Shown here in pieces: positions 36,503 to 46,332 of a stretch of DNA of 64,000 nt. The first letter of the stretch is position 1; each line of letters starts with the position of its first letter. The DNA comes from Spirochaetia bacterium (GTDB lineage: Bacteria; Spirochaetota; Spirochaetia; UBA9216): contig CAXXYH010000004.1 of NCBI GenBank assembly GCA_963677925.2, positions 1,504,001 through 1,568,000 of the forward strand, given 5' to 3'. Below the pieces are notes generated by a model. The model was not told the origin of the DNA, made no database searches, and worked only from the letters and a program-made list of their open reading frames with translations. The position numbers and the translations under genes were made by a program.

Positions 36503-38116
36503 ATGATTGTAATAATTGATAACTATGATTCTTTCACGTACAACGTCTTTCAGGAACTTTCAAAGCTGACCGAGACCCCGGTACAGGTTTTCAGAAACAA
36601 CAGGATTACTGTTAAGGAAATTGAAGAAATGAATCCTGAAAGCCTGATAATCTCACCGGGCCCCGGAACTCCTGCAGATGCAGGTATTTCCATCGAGGCT
36701 ATCAAACACTTTGCCGGGAAGATTCCAATCCTGGGCATCTGCCTTGGACATCAGGCTATCGCCGAAAGTTTCGGCGGGCGGATAGTCAGTGCGCAGAATA
36801 TCGTTCACGGAAAGGTTGAAAACATATCGCTGGACGGAAGGGGACTTTTCAGAAACCTCCCGGTATCAGCCGATTTCACGCGCTATCATTCACTTGCTGC
36901 CGAACGCTCAACCCTGCCGGAATGCCTGGAGATTACCGCCGAGAGCGCCGACGGCGAAATAATGGGGCTTAGGCACAAGGATTATGTGATTGAAGGTGTC
37001 CAGTTTCACCCTGAATCAATCGGATGTATTGATGCAGGTAAAATTATTTTAAAGAATTTTCTGAGGTACAAGCTTGAACCTCTGGATAAGACAGCCCTGC
37101 TGGTCAAGGTTCAGAAGGGTGAGGATTTAAGCAGGAAGGAAGCGGCCGACTTCATGGATGAGCTTACCGAAGGCTCGCTTAATCCCGCCTATACAGCGGC
37201 TGTTCTGTCGGCGCTGAACTGCAAGGGAATTGCTGCTGATGAAATCGCCGGATGCGCAGAGGTCCTCAAACGCAAGAAGGTTCATCTTGAAACTTCCTCT
37301 GATGTTCTTGATATAGTCGGCACCGGCGGCGACGGGCACCATACTTTCAATATCAGTTCTCTCTCTGCTCTTATACTTGCCGCGTCAGGAATCACGGTTG
37401 CAAAGCATGGCAACCGTGCAGTAAGTTCAAAAAGCGGAAGCGCCGATTTCTACCGGGAAATGGGAATCCGCTATAACATGAGCCCTGAAAAATCGGCTGA
37501 ACTTCTTGAAAAAGAACAGTTTGCCTTTCTGTTTGCCCCCCTCTTTCACAAGGCTATGGCCCATGCGGCTCCGGTACGAAGAGAAATGGGCGTTAAAACA
37601 ATAATGAACCTGCTCGGCCCACTGGTTAACCCCGCCGAGGCTGCCTATCTGCTTATCGGTGTATATGACAATGAGCTCTGTCCGGTGATGGCAAGAGCTA
37701 TGAAGATGCTCGGAGCAAAACGTGTAATGACGGTCCACAGCAATGACGGACTTGATGAGATCTCGCCGGCAGCACCGACAAGGATATTCATGATTGATGA
37801 TGCCGGTGTTGAGACTGATTATATTTTTGATCCGAAGGACGCCGGAATCGAAGGGTTTACACTCGAAGATCTGAAAGGCGGACTTGCCGATGAAAATGCC
37901 GTTATCGGCAGAAGTATAGTCGAAGGCAGCGGGCCCGCAGCAATAAAAGCAGCCTGTCTGCTCAATGCCGGAGCTGCTATGGTTGTGACCGGTAATGCCG
38001 AATCCATTATAGAAGGATATGAGAAGGCCAAAAAGGTTCTTGAATCCGGAGCTGTTAAGAAGAAGCTTGAGTCTCTAATCAGAAGCAGTATTCTGCTGGA
38101 GGAAAGAGTTGACTGA
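36503..38116 (+). CDS. trpGD: Fused anthranilate synthase component II / anthranilate phosphoribosyltransferase
   Basis: IDNYDSFTYN, GICLGHQ and QFHPES (TrpG), then DIVGTGGDG, KHGNRAVSSKSGSAD and DGLDEIS (TrpD). Confidence 0.95.
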   Translation: MIVIIDNYDSFTYNVFQELSKLTETPVQVFRNNRITVKEIEEMNPESLIISPGPGTPADAGISIEAIKHFAGKIPILGICLGHQAIAESFGGRIVSAQNIVHGKVENISLDGRGLFRNLPVSADFTRYHSLAAERSTLPECLEITAESADGEIMGLRHKDYVIEGVQFHPESIGCIDAGKIILKNFLRYKLEPLDKTALLVKVQKGEDLSRKEAADFMDELTEGSLNPAYTAAVLSALNCKGIAADEIAGCAEVLKRKKVHLETSSDVLDIVGTGGDGHHTFNISSLSALILAASGITVAKHGNRAVSSKSGSADFYREMGIRYNMSPEKSAELLEKEQFAFLFAPLFHKAMAHAAPVRREMGVKTIMNLLGPLVNPAEAAYLLIGVYDNELCPVMARAMKMLGAKRVMTVHSNDGLDEISPAAPTRIFMIDDAGVETDYIFDPKDAGIEGFTLEDLKGGLADENAVIGRSIVEGSGPAAIKAACLLNAGAAMVVTGNAESIIEGYEKAKKVLESGAVKKKLESLIRSSILLEERVD

Positions 38117-39572
38117 CATGAGCATGGATGACAGGATGAAGGCGTCTCGGGATATCAGAGCCGAAATAACTGCCCGGAGGATTGAGGATATAAAAAGGCT
38201 TGGCCCATCACAGGGAATTGAGCTGCCCGAAGAACGTGAAGTTCCCCTGACTTCCTTCCTGGGCATATCTCCGGTTATCTGTGAGATAAAACGTAAATCT
38301 CCGTCAGTAAAGAATATAGACACCTCACTTGATCCGGTAGAGCTTGCAAGAAAATACTACAAGGCGGGTATCCGTAATATCAGTATTCTTACTGAGCAGA
38401 ACTACTTCGGAGGTTCGCTTACCGATTTGATTAAGGTTAAGAAAGCCTTTCCGCATGTAGCGGTTCTGCGAAAAGATTTCCTGGTCAGTGTAGAGGATAT
38501 CGACATCAGCTACCGGGCGGGTGCAGATGCCTGTCTGCTTATTGCTTCACTGCTTGAGACCGATGTGCTTACCGCTATGCATAAGCGCTGTGGTGAACTT
38601 GGAATTACCGCGCTGGTTGAGCTTCATGACCAGGATGATGTGATTAAGGCTGAAAACTTTAAACCGGAGCTGACCGGAATAAACAGCCGTAACCTGAAGA
38701 CCTTTACTATTGATCCTCTTCAGCCGCTTAAAATAAGATCGTTGATCAACTGGCCTTGCAGGGTTGTTTATGAATCAGGAATAAAAACCGGATACGATAT
38801 TGATTTTGTATCCGGAAGCGGATTCGGCGGAGTGCTGGTAGGTGAGTCGGCAGTGAAAAACCCAGATTTTACAAAAACTCTTCTTGAGCGGTTTATTCCT
38901 GAATGCGCCAACGGCAGATTTGCTTTCTGGACTGAACTTTGCAACCGGTACAGGCCCGGCAGGCCTCTTGTCAAAATCTGCGGAATCACTAAGCGCAAGG
39001 ATTTGATTAAGGTAAAGGAGCTTGGTGCTGATATGGCGGGTTTCATACTTGCAGATTCGCCCCGTAGGGTAGATGCCGATTTTATAAACTCCTGCAGTGA
39101 TCTAGGAATTATGAAAGTCGGTGTTGTTGTTCTTAAGCGGGACGAAGAGCTTCCGCAGCAGTACATCGAACTGCTTGAGTCTGGCACTCTTGATGCGATT
39201 CAGTTTCACGGCGATGAGGGGCCGGAGATATATTTAAAGTATCCGGGGTATAAGGCCTTCCGTATCAAGGATAAGGATGCTGCCGCTGCTGCTGCAGAGG
39301 CTCCGGGAGCCGCAGTGCTTATTGATGCATTCAGTAAAGAAGCTCACGGCGGAACCGGAAAGCAGATTGATTCTGAATACGTATCGGCAGTAGCCGGAAA
39401 GCGGGCGCTCTGGCTTGCAGGCGGAATAAACCCGGATAATGTCTGCGGATTAATCCGTGAATACAGCCCGGCCCTGATCGATATCTCAAGCGGAGTCGAA
39501 TCTGCTCCCGGAATAAAAGATCATCAAAAACTTGAAGAGCTGTTTCAGCAGATAGAACAAGGAGTAGGCTGA
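38109..39572 (+). CDS. trpCF: Fused indole-3-glycerol phosphate synthase / phosphoribosylanthranilate isomerase
   Basis: EIKRKSPS, LRKDF, GINSRNL and ESGI (TrpC), then VKICGIT, QFHGDE, GGTG, LAGGINPDN and SSGVE (TrpF). Confidence 0.93.
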   Translation: MTDMSMDDRMKASRDIRAEITARRIEDIKRLGPSQGIELPEEREVPLTSFLGISPVICEIKRKSPSVKNIDTSLDPVELARKYYKAGIRNISILTEQNYFGGSLTDLIKVKKAFPHVAVLRKDFLVSVEDIDISYRAGADACLLIASLLETDVLTAMHKRCGELGITALVELHDQDDVIKAENFKPELTGINSRNLKTFTIDPLQPLKIRSLINWPCRVVYESGIKTGYDIDFVSGSGFGGVLVGESAVKNPDFTKTLLERFIPECANGRFAFWTELCNRYRPGRPLVKICGITKRKDLIKVKELGADMAGFILADSPRRVDADFINSCSDLGIMKVGVVVLKRDEELPQQYIELLESGTLDAIQFHGDEGPEIYLKYPGYKAFRIKDKDAAAAAAEAPGAAVLIDAFSKEAHGGTGKQIDSEYVSAVAGKRALWLAGGINPDNVCGLIREYSPALIDISSGVESAPGIKDHQKLEELFQQIEQGVG

Positions 39573-39573
39573 T

Positions 39574-40788
39574 ATGGAAAAATACAATAATTACTTCGGA
39601 GATTTCGGCGGACGTTATGTTCCTGAAGTTCTGCGAAAGCCTCACGAGGAACTTGAAGCTGCATACCTCAAAGCAATCAGCGACCCTGAGTTTATTGCTG
39701 ATTTTAAGAAGTTTCAGAAAGAATTTATCGGCCGTCCCACGCCGCTGCTTCATGCAGTAAATGCCACAAAGGCACTTGGCGGCGCGGATATCTACATCAA
39801 GCTTGAGGGGCTTGCCAATACCGGCGCCCACAAAATCAACAATGCGGCCGGTCAGGCTCTGCTTGCTAAGCGTATGGGCAAGACCCGGGTAATAGCCGAA
39901 ACCGGCGCCGGGCAGCACGGTGTTGCTACGGCATCAGCCTGTGCCCGCCTTGGACTTGAATGCGTTATCTACATGGGAACCGAGGATATGCGCCGCCAGC
40001 GGCCGAACGTTTACTGGATGGAGCTTTTCGGAGCCGAGGTCCGCGGGGTCGATTCGGGCAGCTGTACCCTGAAAGACGCTGTTAACGAAGCCTTCCGCGA
40101 CTGGACTGCAAGCTACAGCAATACCCACTATCTGCTCGGTTCCGCCCTCGGTCCGTCCCCCTATCCTGATATGGTGCGCGAGTTTCAGTCGGTAATAGGA
40201 ACCGAAGTGACCGAGCAGGCTGACTTTAAAATTGATGCGATGGTTGCCTGTGTCGGCGGCGGATCAAACGCAATTGGTTTTTTCAGCCCCTTTCTTGAAA
40301 AGGATGAACCGAGGCTTATCGGAGTTGAAGCCGGAGGCCGCGGAAACGGCTGGGGCAATAACGCTGTCCGCATGGACGACTCCGGAAAGCCGGGCATCGT
40401 TCAGGGCTACAAGAGTTTCTTCCTTGTCGATGATGACGGACAGGTGCTTCCTACCCATTCAATCTCCGCCGGTCTGGATTATCCCGGAATTGGTCCCCAG
40501 CTGGCTCACCTTGGAAATGCCGGAAGAATTGAGTTCAGAAGCGCAACCGATACAGAGGCTCTTGATGCCCTTAAGTTTTTCGCAAAGCACGAGGGCGTTA
40601 TTTTTGCGATGGAATCCTCACATGCCGGTGCCGGAGCCATGAACCTTGCAAGGGAGCTTGGGCCGGGTAAAAATATAATTGTGAACATGTCGGGAAGGGG
40701 AGACAAGGATATCTTTATTTCTGCTCCTGTGCTCGACGGCACGAACTGGAAGGAATACCTGATTGAAGAAAGCGGGAGGATTAAATGA
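39574..40788 (+). CDS. trpB: Tryptophan synthase beta chain
   Basis: TGAHKINN, AETGAGQHG, CVGGGSNA, SISAGLDYPG and SGRGDKD motifs. Confidence 0.97.
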   Translation: MEKYNNYFGDFGGRYVPEVLRKPHEELEAAYLKAISDPEFIADFKKFQKEFIGRPTPLLHAVNATKALGGADIYIKLEGLANTGAHKINNAAGQALLAKRMGKTRVIAETGAGQHGVATASACARLGLECVIYMGTEDMRRQRPNVYWMELFGAEVRGVDSGSCTLKDAVNEAFRDWTASYSNTHYLLGSALGPSPYPDMVREFQSVIGTEVTEQADFKIDAMVACVGGGSNAIGFFSPFLEKDEPRLIGVEAGGRGNGWGNNAVRMDDSGKPGIVQGYKSFFLVDDDGQVLPTHSISAGLDYPGIGPQLAHLGNAGRIEFRSATDTEALDALKFFAKHEGVIFAMESSHAGAGAMNLARELGPGKNIIVNMSGRGDKDIFISAPVLDGTNWKEYLIEESGRIK

Positions 40789-41525
40789 AACTTGTAACAC
40801 ACTTTATTGCCGGCTACCCGGATATTGAATCATCCTTTCAGACTGCCGCCGGTCTTATTGACGGCGGAGCATACACTCTTGAAATGCAGATTCCATACAG
40901 CGACCCCTCTGCGGATGGTCCTGTTATCGAGCTTGCCTGCCGGAAGTCACTCGAGAAGGGCTTCAGGGTTTCAGATGCCTTTGAGCTGGTGAAGCGCATT
41001 AAAGATTATGCTGATGTACCGGTCTATATAATGAGCTACTCAGGAATAGTCTACAATATGGGCGTCGAAGCCTTTGTTAAGAAAGCAGTTGAATACAATG
41101 TGACCGGACTGATAATTCCCGACCTTACACCCGGAATGGATGAAGGACTGTATGATGCCGGACGTAAAGCTGGAATCAATGTTGTTCCGGTAGTTGTTCC
41201 TGATGTTTCACCTGAACGTCTTGAATCGATAATGGCTGAAAAGCCCGAGTGGGTTTACGTGGCACTCAGAAGCGGAATAACCGGTCAGGAAACAAAACTC
41301 GATTCATTCAACCTCGGCTTTCTTGACCAGGTAAAAAAGTACGATGTAAACATCATGGCCGGTTTCGGAATAAAAACAGCGGCCCAGGTTAAAACTCTTG
41401 AAGCCCACTGCAACGCTGCAATCGTAGGCTCGCATATTGTTAAGTCCGTAACTGAAGAATACGCCGCAGGCGGAGATATTAAGGCTAGGGTCTGCTCGGT
41501 TGTTAAGGAACTGCTGGGGGAGTAA
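40785..41525 (+). CDS. trpA: Tryptophan synthase alpha chain
   Basis: AGYPD, PYSDPSADGPVI, IIPDL, GITG and GFGI motifs; ATGA overlap with trpB. Confidence 0.95.
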   Translation: MKLVTHFIAGYPDIESSFQTAAGLIDGGAYTLEMQIPYSDPSADGPVIELACRKSLEKGFRVSDAFELVKRIKDYADVPVYIMSYSGIVYNMGVEAFVKKAVEYNVTGLIIPDLTPGMDEGLYDAGRKAGINVVPVVVPDVSPERLESIMAEKPEWVYVALRSGITGQETKLDSFNLGFLDQVKKYDVNIMAGFGIKTAAQVKTLEAHCNAAIVGSHIVKSVTEEYAAGGDIKARVCSVVKELLGE

Positions 41526-41552
41526 AATACACAGACTGCATAACATCTATAG

Positions 41553-41591
41553 AAAAGAGGCTGATTCTCAGGAAATCAGCCTCTTTTTTTT
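41553..41591. terminator. Intrinsic terminator after trpA
   Basis: AAAAGAGGCTGATT...AATCAGCCTCTTTTTTTT. Confidence 0.85.
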
Positions 41592-41614
41592 GTCAAAATT
41601 TGACTATAAAAAAA

Positions 41615-41693
41615 TTGACAGATTTTATCTCTGGCCATATAATAAATTTAAAAATAACATATATGTTATAAATAACAAACAGATTTGTTATTT
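41615..41693 (+). promoter_or_regulatory. Consensus sigma70 promoter with two downstream palindromic operators
   Basis: TTGACA-17-TATAAT (41615-41643); ATAACATATATGTTAT (41654-41669); AAATAACAAA-CAGA-TTTGTTATTT (41670-41693). Confidence 0.8.
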
Positions 41694-41707
41694 CTCAGGA
41701 GAATGAT

Positions 41708-42637
41708 GTGGAAATTGATGATTTCACTTTAGCTATGGTAGCCAAGCTGTATTACGTAGACAAAATAAAGCAGAAAGAAATATCCAACATGTTTAACACT
41801 AATGCTATGGTGATTTCCAGGATGATTAAGGAGGCTGAAGACAAGGGAATAGTACAGATTCAGATAAGAACTCCGGACAGAATTAATCTGGATATGAGTA
41901 AGAGGCTGAAAGAAAAATATAATTTGAAAGACTGTGTTGTACTTGAGAATTCACAGGATTTCTCGGGCGACGATCTAGTTGCTAAATTTCTGGCCAAGTA
42001 TGTTATGGGAATTCTTCCGGAGAATGGGATACTCGGTGTCTCCTGGGGTAATACTATCAGTAAATTTGCAGATCACCTCAGCTACCAGAATAGAGAGGAC
42101 TGCACGGTGCTGGAACTTACCGGAGGTTTCTATGCAAGAAACGGAGAGATGAAAACTCCCACCGGTATAATCATTAAGATCTGTCAGAAGATCAGGGCAG
42201 AGCACTGTATCCTGAATGCCCCATATTATGTTCAGAGTCTTGAAGCTAAAAAAGAGCTGAAGCAGGATGAGAATAATATGAATCTTATTCAGATGGCAAA
42301 GAAAGCTAATGTCAACATAATCAGTGTAAGTGCTTTCAGTGAAGATTCAACAACCTATAAATCCGGAGTAATTACAGATGAAGATTATCAAGAGCTTACC
42401 GGACTAGATGCGGTAGGAGATATTGCAGGAGTTTTTATCAATAGTGATGGTAACGAGATTAACTGGAGTAAGCACGACCTGTATATGGGTATTCCTATTT
42501 CAATACTGAAAAAAGCTGACAACCTGATTTGTGTAGCCGCCGGTAAAGAAAAAAGCGGAATCATTAAACTCACAGTTGATCAGGACTATTTCAATATTCT
42601 TGTTATCGATGAATTGCTGGCAGGTGAACTGCTGTAG
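41708..42637 (+). CDS. SorC/DeoR-type sugar-binding transcriptional regulator
   Basis: VAKLYYVDKIKQKEIS HTH; LGVSWGNT, AVGDIAG and LVIDE motifs. Confidence 0.9.
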   Translation: MEIDDFTLAMVAKLYYVDKIKQKEISNMFNTNAMVISRMIKEAEDKGIVQIQIRTPDRINLDMSKRLKEKYNLKDCVVLENSQDFSGDDLVAKFLAKYVMGILPENGILGVSWGNTISKFADHLSYQNREDCTVLELTGGFYARNGEMKTPTGIIIKICQKIRAEHCILNAPYYVQSLEAKKELKQDENNMNLIQMAKKANVNIISVSAFSEDSTTYKSGVITDEDYQELTGLDAVGDIAGVFINSDGNEINWSKHDLYMGIPISILKKADNLICVAAGKEKSGIIKLTVDQDYFNILVIDELLAGELL

Positions 42638-42662
42638 ATTTTAAGGGAAGGTGTTTGATTGA

Positions 42663-44165
42663 ATGAATAATGAATATCTGCTGGAGATGTGTGATATTTC
42701 AAAATCTTATATTGGGGTTCAGGCTTTAGATAAGGTTTCTATCCGTGTAAAGCCGGGTACCGTTCATGCGCTGCTTGGGGAGAACGGTGCGGGGAAATCA
42801 ACTCTGATGAAGATATTAGCCGGTGAAACACAGGCTGATTCCGGGGAAATGATTATCGATGGTGAGAAGCGAAGATTTGCTAACAGAAAGAATGCTATCG
42901 AATGCGGGATATCAATAATTCATCAGGAAATGATTAATGTACAGGAGATGACGGTAGCTGAAAATATGTTCCTCGGCCGTGAGTTTAAGCGTAAGGGAAA
43001 TATTTTTCTTAACAGGAAAAAAAACAGTTCACAGACTAAAAAACTTCTTGCAGAAGTAGGCCTTAACATTTCTCCATTAAAGAAAATGAGAGATCTGACA
43101 GTCGCAGAAATGCAGATGTGCGAAATAGCCAAGGCTGTCTCATATGATTCAAGAATATTCATTATGGATGAGCCGACCTCAGCTATAACAGAAACAGAAA
43201 CAGAAGTTTTATTTCAGCTGATCAGGAATATTATCAGTAAGGGCCATTCAATAATTTACATCTCCCACAAACTTGATGAGATATATGAAATTGCGGATGA
43301 AATTACAGTACTCCGGGACGGTAAGCTTGTTGCACATTTTGATAATACAGAAGTTGAACGCAATGTTCTGATTAAGCATATGGTCGACAGGGATGTTGTT
43401 GATGTTTATCCGAAACGAAACCGGAATAGTGAAGGTGATGTTCTGCTTGAAGTTAAAGATATTTCAATACCGGGAGTATTCAGTGAGATTTCTTTCAAAG
43501 TAAGAGCCGGAGAGATCCTTGGACTTGCAGGATTAATGGGAGCAGGAAGAACAGAAATTGTTGAAGCAATATTCGGAATAAATCAGATTGAAAATGGTTC
43601 GCTTATCATTAAAGGTCAGAAAAAAAGAATAACCAGTCCTGTTAAGGCCATAAGCAGCGGGATAGGCCTCATTACTGACGACAGAAAACTTAAAGGTCTG
43701 ATAATGGGGATGAATATCAAGGATAATATTGTTTTATCGAATCATAAATCCTTTAAATCCGGAAAGCTGTCTATTCTGGACTGGAGAAAGATTTCTGATG
43801 AATCTGAAAAATATAAAAAGCTTCTTAAAATCAAAACGCCGAATCTTTCCCAGGATGTTGAAAACCTGAGCGGCGGTAATCAGCAGAAGGTCGTTCTTTC
43901 CAAATGGCTGTCACGGGATTGCGACATCATCATATTCGATGAGCCGACAAGGGGAATTGATATAGCCGCAAAAAGCGACTTCTACCATCATATTTCTGAA
44001 CAGGCAGAGCAGGGAAAGGCTGTAATTTTTATATCTTCCGAAATGGAGGAAGTAATTGGAATGTGCGACAGGGTTCTTGTTCTGAGAGAGGGCGAAGCAA
44101 TGGGTGAATTATCAGCAGATGATATTACTCAGGAAAAGATTATGCATTATGCAACTTTAAGTTGA
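42663..44165 (+). CDS. Sugar ABC transporter ATP-binding protein (two NBDs, CUT2)
   Basis: GENGAGKST, MDEPTS, GLMGAGRTE and LSGGNQQKV motifs. Confidence 0.95.
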   Translation: MNNEYLLEMCDISKSYIGVQALDKVSIRVKPGTVHALLGENGAGKSTLMKILAGETQADSGEMIIDGEKRRFANRKNAIECGISIIHQEMINVQEMTVAENMFLGREFKRKGNIFLNRKKNSSQTKKLLAEVGLNISPLKKMRDLTVAEMQMCEIAKAVSYDSRIFIMDEPTSAITETETEVLFQLIRNIISKGHSIIYISHKLDEIYEIADEITVLRDGKLVAHFDNTEVERNVLIKHMVDRDVVDVYPKRNRNSEGDVLLEVKDISIPGVFSEISFKVRAGEILGLAGLMGAGRTEIVEAIFGINQIENGSLIIKGQKKRITSPVKAISSGIGLITDDRKLKGLIMGMNIKDNIVLSNHKSFKSGKLSILDWRKISDESEKYKKLLKIKTPNLSQDVENLSGGNQQKVVLSKWLSRDCDIIIFDEPTRGIDIAAKSDFYHHISEQAEQGKAVIFISSEMEEVIGMCDRVLVLREGEAMGELSADDITQEKIMHYATLS

Positions 44166-44183
44166 AATTTCGGAGGAGATATT

Positions 44184-45215
44184 GTGATTAAAATTGAGAG
44201 CGCAAAAAGGTATAACTCTTCAATAGGAAGACTTTTACTTGATTATAATATGGTTCTGGTTCTGGCGGTTATCTTTGCTTTTTTTGTGATTACCACCGGT
44301 GATACCTTTCTGAAGACTAAGAATCTTCTTAATGTACTTCGGCAGGTCAGTATAAACGGCCTTGTTGCAACCGGAATGACTCTCGTCATTCTGACAGGAG
44401 GAATTGATCTAAGTGTCGGCTCTGTTATTGCCTTTTCAAGTGTCGTAGCAGCAACAATTGCGAATGAAGCTCATTCATACTGGTGGCTGGCAATTCCTGC
44501 GGCAATAGGACTTGCGGTGATTGTTGGAGTAGTGTCCGGATTCTTTGTCTCTTATCTAAAGATAGCTCCATTCATCATGACTCTTGCAATGATGACAATA
44601 GCCCGCGGCAGTGCTTTCATTTTTTCAAACGGTAAACCTGTATCCGGTGTTATAAAATCGTTTCTGGTAATAGGAAAGGGCTCGTTTCTCGGTCTGCCGC
44701 TGCCCACATGGATTCTGATTGTAGCAATAATTTTTACTTTCATTATCCTGACCTACACATCTTTCGGCCGGTACATATATGCAATCGGCGGTAATGAAAA
44801 CGCTGCAAAAATATCGGGTATAAATGTAAAGCTTGTGAAACTTGGTGTATACACCCTTGCCGGTTTTTTTACCGGCCTTGCCTCAGTTGTTCTGACTTCC
44901 AGGGTCAGTGCCGGTCTTCCTCAGGTCGCCCAGGGATATGAAATGGAAGCTATTGCTGCAGTTGTACTTGGAGGAACAAGTCTGTCCGGAGGGAAGGGCA
45001 GTATCTGGGGAACCGTTATAGGGGTTCTGATTATCGGACTAATTTCCAATGGAATGGATCTAATGAATATACAGTCCTACACTCAGCAGATTGTTCAGGG
45101 CTGTGTTATCGTATTTGCCGTTCTGATTGATTCAGTCAGGAATGAAAGGGATTTATTTAAACACATCTCCAATACTTTCAAAGACCTCTTTGGACGTGAG
45201 GGATGTGAAGAATAA
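44184..45215 (+). CDS. Sugar ABC transporter permease (RbsC-like)
   Basis: TGGIDLSVGS, GRYIYAIGGNENAAKISGI and AIAAVVLGGTSLSGGKG motifs. Confidence 0.95.
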   Translation: MIKIESAKRYNSSIGRLLLDYNMVLVLAVIFAFFVITTGDTFLKTKNLLNVLRQVSINGLVATGMTLVILTGGIDLSVGSVIAFSSVVAATIANEAHSYWWLAIPAAIGLAVIVGVVSGFFVSYLKIAPFIMTLAMMTIARGSAFIFSNGKPVSGVIKSFLVIGKGSFLGLPLPTWILIVAIIFTFIILTYTSFGRYIYAIGGNENAAKISGINVKLVKLGVYTLAGFFTGLASVVLTSRVSAGLPQVAQGYEMEAIAAVVLGGTSLSGGKGSIWGTVIGVLIIGLISNGMDLMNIQSYTQQIVQGCVIVFAVLIDSVRNERDLFKHISNTFKDLFGREGCEE

Positions 45216-45318
45216 AATAAAGGAGGTATCAGGAAATTTTTAAAGGGTGATTTTATAAATCATAGGGTTTTTAATCACTAATCGAACAGAAACAAATTTT
45301 GTTAAGGAGTGTATTAGG

Positions 45319-46275
45319 ATGAAAAAAGGAATGTTCGTTTTATTTATGGTTGCAATACTTCTGTGCAGTTCAGCATCGGTATTTGCAGGCGGAGAACAGG
45401 AATCAGCCGGCGATGAGAAAATAGTAATCGGATATTCAATCTACTGGCTTTCAGAGTTCGCAACTTTAATGACAGAAGCAATGCAGGAGAAAGCGGATAA
45501 AGAAGGCGTTGAGCTTATAGTACTTGATGCAAAATGGGATGCTGTAACACAGTTGTCACATGTTGATAACTTCATTGCTCAGGATGTAGATGCGATCATT
45601 ATCGGAGCTGCTGATGTTTATTCAATGGTTCAGGGTGTGGAAGCTGCAAATGAAGCGGGAATCCCCTTTGTCGGTGTCAATATGAGAATTCCAACCGATA
45701 AGATTGATGCTTATGCCGGCCCCGACGATGTAAGAGCTGGTGAGATGATGGTTGAATATGTAATCAGCCAGTTAGGTGAAGATTTCAATTGTATAGTGCT
45801 CGAAGGAGCTGAAGGTTATTCAGCAACAGTTGACCGAAGAGAAGGCGTGAAGAATATGCTCGATGCGCATCCAGGTGTGACAGCTCTTGATATCAAGACT
45901 GCAAACTGGACAAGAGAAGGCGCATTGGAGCTGATGGAAAATTATATTCAGGACTTCGGCGGAAAAATTGATGCTGTAATAGCTCATAACGATGAGATGG
46001 CTCTGGGGGCTATTCAGGCTCTTGAAGCAGAAGGCATGCTTGATGACGTGATTGTAACTGGAATTGATGCAATCTATGATGCCTGTAAAGCTATTGATGA
46101 AGGCAAGATGGAATATACAGTATTTCAGGACGCAAAACTTGAAGGAAGTCTTGCTTTTGATGCAGCTTTAACTCTAATCAGAGGCGGAAAGCCTGAGATT
46201 AAGGAAAACTATATCAACATGATTGGTCTTACCCAGGCTAATGTAGCTGAATATCTTGCAGCATTCGGAAAATAG
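45319..46275 (+). CDS. Sugar ABC transporter substrate-binding protein
   Basis: Signal peptide (VFAGGEQE), RbsB-type motifs ANWTRE, AHNDEMALGAIQAL and GIDA. Confidence 0.93.
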   Translation: MKKGMFVLFMVAILLCSSASVFAGGEQESAGDEKIVIGYSIYWLSEFATLMTEAMQEKADKEGVELIVLDAKWDAVTQLSHVDNFIAQDVDAIIIGAADVYSMVQGVEAANEAGIPFVGVNMRIPTDKIDAYAGPDDVRAGEMMVEYVISQLGEDFNCIVLEGAEGYSATVDRREGVKNMLDAHPGVTALDIKTANWTREGALELMENYIQDFGGKIDAVIAHNDEMALGAIQALEAEGMLDDVIVTGIDAIYDACKAIDEGKMEYTVFQDAKLEGSLAFDAALTLIRGGKPEIKENYINMIGLTQANVAEYLAAFGK

Positions 46276-46332
46276 TATTCAGGGGCTTTAGCCGAGGCTG
46301 AAGCCCCATTTATTTTAAATCAGGAAGAAGAA

